This document shows, in pieces, positions 55,471 to 64,000 of a stretch of DNA of 64,000 nt. A program made the position numbers and the translations under genes. The notes beneath the pieces were generated by a model. That model ran no database searches and had not been told where the DNA came from. It saw only the letters and a program-made list of their open reading frames with translations. Each line of letters starts with the position of its first letter. Position 1 is the first letter of the stretch. The stretch lies in assembly GCF_009914755.1 (NCBI RefSeq), contig NC_060925.1; one strand, written 5' to 3'. The DNA is from the human T2T-CHM13v2.0 reference genome, Homo sapiens.

Positions 55471-57261
55471 TATTACTGGTAGCTGCATTTGGCCTTGACA
55501 TCTCCAACTCTTTGCAGCATCTTACCCTGTTTGTGTCTTGCCCTGTCCCTTGCCCTCTAGCCCTTCCCCCATCGTAATTACAGAGCAGGGGAGCTCACTG
55601 CAGAAGACGGGGTTCAGCCTCTGAAGCCCAACAATCCTCGGTTCAAATCCTGTTTGAGCAGCTTCTTGCTGCGCAGTTTTGGACAATCTGTCTGACCTCT
55701 TCGAACTTGTTACTCCTCAGTGAGCAAGAACAGCAATGTGCACCTTGTGCAATATTTGCCATCAATAAAGGAAGGCTGTCGTTTTATTACTATCATTGTT
55801 CAGGTGTTCCAGTCCCATCTGTTGTGTTAAATAGACCAGAAGCCTCTTGAGATCGAGGACAGTATCTAGTTGATCACTGTCTCCCTGTCGTCAGCACCTG
55901 GCTTGTGCTGTGCACACAGCAGGTTCTCAGGAAGCATTTGGAGAATTAAAAAACCACCCAAGACTTCTCAATCTGACTTCCATGGCAATGCCTGGGACTC
56001 CTGGAGCACCAATGGGTGAGCAAGACCCAAATGGAGAGATATCTACACCCCTTACCCTCGTCCTCACCCTGTTTCGCAGCCTAGAAAGTGCCACCCTTTC
56101 AGGACCTCCAGCCCTGGAAGTTCTATCTTGCACAAGTGACTTTAGTTCTCTGTGCCTGTCTCTCCATCTCCACAATGGAAGTATTGATGGCAACCTCATA
56201 TAGTTCTACATTTCTAGAATGCAACCTCTGTGAGATCACAGTGAGGCGAAGTGAGACGGAAGTAAGCAGCAGCCAGACCATACAGCACCTAAGGTGTCAG
56301 GCTACGTTTGAATTTTATTCAGGAGGCAGTAGGGAGCCAAAGAAAGTTCTTGAGCAGAGGTGTGAACTGATCAGATGGGCACAGTAGGATCATCACTCTG
56401 GTATCAGTGTGCAGAATGGGCTAAAGAACAACAGCCCAAAGGCAGGAAGGCCAGTTAACCAGTGATGGTCCCAACCTTTGAAGAAAGGAATAGGAACCCC
56501 TTTCACCATAGTGAGCCTGAACTTCAGAGAGGCCATGTTCTGGAAAGAGCCCTGATTTGGGAGGCAGAGATTTCAGGATTTAAATCTCAGCCCAGCCACT
56601 TCCTGTCCACGTGACACTTTACATCTGGCAGCCTTGGTGTCCCTGTCTGTGAAATAAGTTTATTAAAAGGATCACTGAGAAGTGTGAATTGGAAATTGTG
56701 TATATATCACCCGGCACATAGGGATCACCCAAAAATGGTAACTCAATAGGTGACCCAAACTTGATTCTGACCCCAAATACTCCAAGGCTGCGACGCCCCC
56801 ATAAGCAGAGTGGTCCCCTCCCCTTGTCAACATACCTTGATGCCAACCAGGGTTGAGTAGCAGGGCCCCCCAACCCCCAGCCTCACAGGCGGCTCTGAAG
56901 AGGATGCAGGCCCAGCCTCAGGTATCAGGAAGTCCCTGAGCAGCTCCTGTCTTCTCCTGGATTAATTGCATTCACATCTGGAACAGATGGGGCATTGGGA
57001 CTCTCCACCCCCGCCCCCTTTTTTCAAAGAGCACTGGTCCAGGAGAAAACCATGTAATTAAAAGAGGAGAAATGCAAAACAATCCCCTTAGCGGACTGTG
57101 CCATCTTCTCTCCCTTGTAAATCCATTAATGAACTGTAATTGCAAAGACAAACCCTTTATTGAAACCTGGTAACCAATGCACTACGGGGCCAAGAGACTC
57201 CCATTATAGCCCAAGGCCTGAGGAAAGAAAGAAAAGAACAATCCTAATTAGTTTAGTCCTG

Positions 57262-57267
57262 TTTATT
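57262..57267 (-). terminator. Polyadenylation signal AATAAA for MATN1
   Basis: Plus-strand tttatt, with a U-rich downstream element ~25-45 nt further on the minus strand. A second AATAAA lies at 57156-57161. Confidence 0.7.
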
Positions 57268-59348
57268 TATACAAAATTCAAAAAAACAAAATTACAGGTT
57301 ACAAAGTAACTTGCCATCTGTCAGTAGACCATGGCTGCCCTCGGGAGATGCTGGTTTTCATTTACAACCTTCTGTTAATCAAACCTAGAGCAGAGAGGGA
57401 TGTGGGAAGTCCATGGAGAGGACGGATTTCAAGAGGACCTGGAGTAGCCGTGGGGAGAACTGCGATGAGTGAAGGGCAAGAGTTTGGGATTGAAAGATCC
57501 CAAGAAGCTGGTCCCTGCCTTCATCAGAGCCTGGTGACAAGGTCCTGCCACTACTCCACCCACCGGGCAGGGAAGAACGAGGTCCTATTCCCAGGCAGGG
57601 CTTCCACCCCATCTCTGACTCCACTCATCAGGGACATCTGTTGCTTCTGCCCGCCAGCTCCCAGGCCATGGCGTCCGCTAATGACCCTCTCCTCCTCCTT
57701 GGGGACACACTGCTGAGCCTTCTCAGTCCATATCAACATGGCTGCCTCTCCCCCTCCCCACCTGTGTGGGGAGGAGAGGGGAGTGGATAATCTCAGAAGA
57801 AAGGAAGAATGAGCAGAGTCATAACTTCTCAGGTGGCTGTGTCAAGGAGCCTCCTTGGACAGCAGAAAAACTCCTGCCCCAGGGACGGACAGAGAGAAAG
57901 GGTTTGGTGAACTGTGTAGGAGGTGGAGTCAGGTCATGGGGGCGAGGGTGGCTGTGCCCCAGTTAAGTCGCGCTTGTGTATTTGTGCTGTTGTACTGATG
58001 TAGCTCTTGGGTACCGTTCGTGTTGTTATTCTGCCTCTTTGAACTGCCTCCGAGGAAGATCTTTCGGTGTGGTCTGAGCTTCTTGTAAAAGCCTTTTAGA
58101 CATGCTCTCAAGTGTGAATCTAGTAGTAACACTAAAAATGCTCCATTAAACAAGAATAGGTTCAGAAAATCACCAAAGCTCCCCCTCTGAGAGGACAGAG
58201 ATGGAGATTCCGGAGCAGCACTGGTCCAACAGGGGCCTGGGGGAGGTGGCCGAGATCTCAGGGTGTGACCTGCAGACCCCACATAGGGCTGGAGGAAGGG
58301 AACATGGGGCCAGGAGTCTTTCTCTTGTGCAGTCTCTGAGGTGGGGCTGCTGCCATCTGCGTTGGGGACTTTGGGTTGGGGGTGATGCCGCCTGTGCACA
58401 GGAAACAAACAGAACTCCAACAGGGCATGTTGGGGGCGGGAGGGGAGAGGCACCTAGGGCAGCCCAGGCCCAGGCTGGAGCCCTTCCCATCATCTCACAC
58501 ACACACTCACCCCGTGGGCTCCCAGGTATCAAGAGGAGGCACAAACCCCTGGTACGACCTAAACCCACTCTCTTTTCCTCTGGCTGGTCCCTCTGGCTGG
58601 TGGGGGTGACATGAGCACCCTGCTCAACTGTATGTCTCTTAGGGCAGGAACTACGTCTGTCTCATACAGCACCATCCCCCCCCACCGCCATTGCCCTGTA
58701 AGTACATGATACCTGAACGAATGAGTGAACGAATGAATGAATGAACAAATGAGTCCTATCTGGTGTCATTGCCCTTTTTCTCTGAAGCCTTTTTCTTTTG
58801 ATGTTCTTCAGTCCTAGATTCAAGTCCTGTCTCTCAGCGACCCACTGCTGAGCAAGTCATTTCATCATTTAGACTCTCAGCTTTCCCATTTGTAATGGGG
58901 ATAATTTGAGTCTTTTCTGGGTAAGGTTACTGGAAGTGAAATGAGGTCAACTAAATGAATATGTAACTGAAAAGGCAGGACAAACACCAGCTGGTTTTGG
59001 TGTGGTCACTGTCATCACTGTCACCACCACTGTTACCATCCTTCCAACCATCCCCTCCCACCACATCTTCATCCATCCTTTTCCCTGGTCCCCAAATAAC
59101 CACACTGCCTCTAGCCCCATTCACTGCTTACGTTAAATCACATTTAATTGTTTCTCACCGGAGAATAGAGAAATCAGTAAAGAAATTCACAGCACTCAGA
59201 GTCAAGAAAGGGTTAACTAAAAAAGATGGGAATATATTAAGCTTTTGATTATAAAAATGCAAACGCAGTCCCTCTCACACTCACCCCTGCATTATCACTC
59301 TCACACTCACATTCTGGCAAGACTCATGCCCACCCTCAGGCGCACGTG

Positions 59349-59405
59349 CACACACACACACACACACACACATGCACACATACACACACGCACACATACA
59401 CACAC
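59349..59405. repeat. (CA)n/(TG)n microsatellite in the MATN1 3' UTR
   Basis: (CA)12 at 59349-59372 followed by interrupted CA units. Confidence 0.95.
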
Positions 59406-59552
59406 GAGCTCCCAAACGCCATTACACGCTCTCAATAGGCACACCCAGACACACCCCCTCCCACCCCCGGGCTGGCTTCCCTCACTAAAATGGTAAAGCT
59501 ACGGCGGACACGTGCAGGACGCTTGGAGAGGCCACAGTGGTGACAGGCAGCC

Positions 59553-59602
59553 TTAGACAACTGTGTTCTCCAGGATGGCCAGCCGCTTACTCACAGCTTC
59601 CA
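59553..59602 (-). CDS. MATN1: Matrilin-1 last coding exon segment (exon 8), coiled-coil end and TAA stop
   Basis: (C)TG GAA GCT GTG AGT AAG CGG CTG GCC ATC CTG GAG AAC ACA GTT GTC TAA = LEAVSKRLAILENTVV*. In frame with exon 7 when spliced AT-AC. Confidence 0.96.
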
Positions 59603-60217
59603 GTGGACTCAGAGTTAAGGAGAGGTGCAGGTTGGCCAGAGCAGGGCAGGGATGGCTGTGGCCCTGCACTCAGGCCCCTGCAACACCCCACTACAGCGTG
59701 CATTCTCCCCTCTGTCAGAACTTATCCATCCACTGTCCTCAGAATGGTGCTTTCCAAAAAACACAGCCAGTTACTGTGAGCCACGAGTGCCCAGCCCTGC
59801 TCAGTTGCAGATTTAGACCTGCTGGGTTCCCCACCTAGTCCTGGCTGAGCCAGGGGAACTGTCTGGGGCCCAGCCCCACCTCTGAGTGGGTACTGGGGTC
59901 AGGCACGTCACCATGAGCCTGAGAAATGGGGCATCCATGGGCTCCATGTTCTTCAGAGCATGTCCAGGACTCTGGTGTGTGTCCAGTCCCTAGATCCTGG
60001 CTTCTGCCTCATTTTCTTGTTTACCTTCTAGGAGTCTCTGCTTTTGACAGGGTGTGCACCCAAGCTGGCTTCAGCTTATTCTGCCAGAATGCAGCCCATC
60101 AGCAGTAAGCAGGCCAAGAGAAGCCTGCCCAACTGACCACACTTGGGCCATGCCCCCGCCTCCCCCAACACTGGCCTGCGCCCCTCCCCAGCCCCAGCCC
60201 CCTCTGGGAAGGGATAT
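59603..60217 (-). other. MATN1: U12-type (minor spliceosome) AT-AC intron, last intron of MATN1
   Basis: 5' end ATATCCCTT at 60217-60209; branch box TCCTTAAC at 59621-59614; 3' end TCTGAGTCCAC with no polypyrimidine tract. Joining restores K-L-E-A-V in frame. Confidence 0.96.
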
Positions 60218-60298
60218 GTTTCCTGGTCAGGGCCTGCAGCAGCCCCTCCACTTTGGCTTGGAATTTCACCAGGGACTCGCAGGCACACGGGTCTTCCT
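60218..60298 (-). CDS. MATN1: Matrilin-1 coiled-coil oligomerisation domain, first part (exon 7)
   Basis: EEDPCACESLVKFQAKVEGLLQALTRK with the CxC interchain disulfide motif. Acceptor TGTCCCCTGCAG; followed by the non-GT donor ATATCCCT; 81 bp. Confidence 0.96.
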
Positions 60299-61127
60299 CT
60301 GCAGGGGACAAGGAGGAGGGAAAGAGAAAGGAACTGTTGAGTGGCTGCCCAGGAGGAGGGAGGACAGTCACTGCCCAGGGCCAGGACTCAGGATTCCCGG
60401 GGAGGTGAGGGGCTTAAGGGACCTGAGGAGGCAGAAAGATATAGATAGTCCTTGAGACAGCACCCTTAGGAGTGATAGAGGGGTGACCCCTGAACGTCTT
60501 CCTGGTCCCTTGGAGCCCTGAGAATGAACTAGGAGAGCATCCCTGTACCTGCTGCATGAAGAACACTAGTAGGGGCCCCTATGTCACCTCAGTGAGTTCA
60601 CCTCAGCCCTTTGGGTTTGAAGTCATTAATCCCATCTTACAGGTGAAGAATCCAAGAAGTGAAAAAACTTGCCCATGGCCAACAGCGTCAGAGCAAAGAC
60701 ACAGGCCCAGGCACGTCTGGCTCTGAAACCCACACTCCTTACCACTAAGAACCAGCTGGTGAGGTCACCAGAGAGGACCAGAGAGGCAGTAGGGTTCAAA
60801 TCTTGGCTCTCCCAGCTATTAACAGTTGTTCCACCCCTTTGGCCTTGTTTATCCCATCTATAAAATGGGGTTAATGACATTCTTACCAAATAGGATCGGA
60901 TGATGTAATATCCGGAGAGCACTGAGAACACTGCCAGCCACGTAACGAGCATTCAACATGTTTGCTGGTAGTAAGAGCTGTAAGCGCCAGCCCACCTTCT
61001 GGTTCTGCCAACTCTTGGTGCCACCTCGGCCCCTGCTTTTCCCCACCCACACCCAGTTCCAGGATGGCTCCACCTCCACAGTGCCCCACCTGCAAATCCC
61101 ATCAATGCCAGCCCTGGCCTCACTCAC

Positions 61128-61280
61128 CCACACAGATCTTCTTCTGCAACTTCTTGCCTATCTGGTTGATGGTCTTGAAGTCAGCCGTGTAGAAGTAGTG
61201 CTCTGCCACAGGCTCTGAGGCTATTTCCCTCAGCTCATCCTCCACGGCATTGCCCACACCCACAGCAAACATCTTAAAGC
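61128..61280 (-). CDS. MATN1: Matrilin-1 second vWA domain, C-terminal part (exon 6)
   Basis: GFKMFAVGVGNAVEDELREIASEPVAEHYFYTADFKTINQIGKKLQKKICV. Acceptor CTCCTGGCAG, donor GTGAGT; 153 bp. Confidence 0.97.
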
Positions 61281-61879
61281 CTGCCAGGAGGAACAGGAGA
61301 AGTAAGGCTGGACATGGGGATGGGCAACCATATGGCTGAGCCTCCTGGGGAAGGCTTAGGCAGCCAACACCAGACACCTCCTGCTGGCAGCTGCTGGAAT
61401 TGCAAGCACAATGCCTGGAACAAGGACAATGAGAAAATCAATATTTACTGAGGTTCTGCTCTGTGTCAGACCCTATAGTGACTTCCTGTACTGGAAGCTT
61501 TGTACAGCAAGCTTCATTTAACCCTAATAATCATCCATCTGGTGGTTATTTTTTCCTCATTTAATAGGTTACAAAACAGACTCGGGCTTGTTCCAAAGTA
61601 GAGTTGCCTTCCAATAGTTGATGTGTTCTTGGGAATATCCAGCTGGAAAAGTTCCAAGCCTCACTTACAAAAGGACCATCAAAACAAGCCACTTACTTTT
61701 CTGGGGCCTCAATTTTGTCATTGGTATAAGAGAGAATTGGACTAACCAATCCTCCTCATTCAAACTCACCTGGGTTTAGGGCACTAATCAGACGACACCA
61801 AGATAAACTACAGTTGGGCTATACCCGTGTGTACCCCTGGCCATCAGTGGTGTCCAGGGTCCAGGCAGGCAACACCTAC

Positions 61880-62296
61880 CGAGGTCTTTGGCCTTCTTGG
61901 CAGCATCATTAATGTAGTCCTGGCTCCGGCCATCAGTGAAGACAATGCCCACCTTCTGGGCCCCGGGCCTAGCCCCACTGGACACAGTGAAGGAATTGTC
62001 AATGAGGTACTTGAGAGCAGCCCCAGTCATTGTGCCCTTCTCCATGTAGGACATATTCCGCACAGCCGCCTTGATGTCCTTCTTGGTGTGGAAGCGACCC
62101 AGGGGGAACTCCTGGCGCACAGAGCTTGAGTACTGCACCAGCCCCACCTGGGCCAGCTTGTCTGACACGTCCAGCGTATCCACGATCTGACTGATGAACT
62201 TCTTCACCAGCTCAAAGTTCTCTGGCCTCACACTCTTGGATCCGTCAATGAGGAAGACCAGGTCAGTGGCCGAGCTGCCACCACCACCACTGCAGA
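61880..62296 (-). CDS. MATN1: Matrilin-1 second vWA domain, N-terminal part (exon 5)
   Basis: VCSGGGGSSATDLVFLIDGSKSVRPENFELVKKF...VGIVFTDGRSQDYINDAAKKAKDL with MIDAS motif DGSKS. Acceptor CCTGTCCTCCACAG, donor GTAGGT; 417 bp, phase 1-1. Confidence 0.98.
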
Positions 62297-62760
62297 CTGT
62301 GGAGGACAGGAAGGCAACGGGCTGAAGCTGAAGGACATAGTCAACCATCCTGCTCCCCGGCTGGACACCCACCACACACCAAGCTCTGTGCTGAGGATCA
62401 TTACATTGTGCCCTCAGAACTGCCTCTATAAAGCCAAGGTGACTGGTCCCACTGTACAGTATTGGAAACTGAAACTCCAATAGCTGTGAGATCACACAGC
62501 TCAGAAGTGGTAGCACCAGGATTTGATTTTGAGACTATGTGAGTCCTTCTACCACACTAAACCCACCGCCCATTGTGTTGAAAACAGGGACAGAAGTCAG
62601 GTGAGAACTTCTGCAGATACCAAACTCTAAAAGGCATCTGTCTGCTTTGAAGATTGGTTCAGAGGTATGGTGCAGGGAGGCTTGAATGGGTTTCCTGGGG
62701 AGGCCCCATCACCTCCCCTCCACACCCTCTCCAGGGCGAGCCTGTGTCCACCCCACTGAC

Positions 62761-62886
62761 CATTGCAGGTCTTGCCGTCGCTGTTCAGAGTGAAGCCCTC
62801 GTGGCAGGCGCAGGTGTAGGAACCGGGGGAGCTGATGCACACCTGCTCACAGTCATGGTCCCCTGTGGCGCACAGGTCTGACACCA
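62761..62886 (-). CDS. MATN1: Matrilin-1 EGF-like domain exon (exon 4 by standard numbering)
   Basis: Translates to VVSDLCATGDHDCEQVCISSPGSYTCACHEGFTLNSDGKTCN (six-Cys EGF), recognised as matrilin-1. Acceptor TTGTCCCCGCAG ends at 62887, donor GTCAGT starts at 62760; 126 bp, phase 1-1. Upstream exons lie beyond the window end. Confidence 0.97.
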
Positions 62887-63584
62887 CTGCGGGGACAATA
62901 AGTAGCTCAGATCTCACAGTCATAGTGCCTTGGGCACTACAGACAGGTTGTCCCTCCCTGACTGTGGATACCAGGCCCCATCCAGACTCAGGGAAACTAA
63001 GATCTCCAACATACTGGGGCCCAGGCCCCCGACTCTCAGCCCACGTCTGGAATCATTGCACCAGTGCCTAGATCCCTGAAGAAGGTTATAATGCTGATGA
63101 TAAGAATGAAAAGTCTCACTAAAAAGGTAAAGGCCAAGGGTTAGGGCCTTTAGTCTGTTTAGTTCACTGCTGTATCAAGACACCCAAGTGTCTAGAACAG
63201 CATACAATGAACACAGCACCTATCTGTCAAATACCATATAATGAGGGTTACATTTTGCATTATCTCACTGGATCCTCTCAATAACGTGCATGCTCTTCTT
63301 AGACCCATTTTACAAATGGGTAAAGTCCCTGCCCTAACCCTGATCCTGTCCTACTGGACACCCTGCCCCTGCGGGTCACATCCCAAAGACCCACACACAC
63401 ACCTCCCCTCCGAGAAGGGCTCTGAACCTTCTCCTGCCAGTGCCCAGGCCTCTCAGACTCTCCCGCATCACAGAAAACTCTGGCACCCAAAACTCACGAC
63501 ACAGAAACATGTGTAGGTTTTCTGGGAGCTCTCCTTCCTGAGCTCTGGGCCCTCCTTGGTCCCTGCCAGGATTCTGCCACATAA

Positions 63585-63923
<339 letters not shown>

Positions 63924-64000
63924 ATAAAAGGACTCTTAACATCGCCTCTCCCCAACTCCCTTAACCTGGGGCTGGAGACCCTCCTCCGTTATCAGGCTCC

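Larger units (their letters stand above)
57245..59552 (-). other. MATN1: MATN1 3' UTR (~2.3 kb; 3' end approximate)
   Basis: Runs from the stop codon to the AATAAA at 57267-57262, which is followed on the minus strand by a U/GU-rich element (TTGTTCTTTTCTTTCTTTCC). Confidence 0.7.

Noticed and set aside
61788-62516. 242 aa single ORF containing the vWA domain
   Set aside because: Only 61880-62296 is exonic; the extensions are intronic read-through (partly MIR) beyond clear splice sites.

Overview
Human (primate) genomic DNA, recognisable as the 3' end and downstream flank of MATN1 (matrilin-1, cartilage matrix protein; chr1p35). The last five coding exons of MATN1 lie on the minus strand at about 59.55-62.89 kb and encode the EGF domain, the second vWA domain and the coiled coil. 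They are followed by a ~2.3 kb 3' UTR with a (CA)n microsatellite and an AATAAA at 57262-57267. The last intron (59603-60217) is a minor-spliceosome (U12) AT-AC intron with a perfect TCCTTAAC branch box, a one-base-variant 5' splice site and a G-quadruplex-type G-run cluster just inside it. The remaining ~57 kb has no credible protein-coding gene. It holds Alu, MIR, L2, old L1, L3/CR1 and LTR elements (some nested), a 1.3 kb interrupted (GGT)n tract, a degenerate minisatellite and an orphan promoter-like CpG island at ~31.0-31.6 kb. It also holds three short local direct duplications (one 143 bp at 100% identity, one A-B-A' structure) that suggest repeated template switching. Nearly all other ORFs in the track are repeat-derived or chance ORFs. 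Repeat family calls are by eye and their boundaries are approximate.
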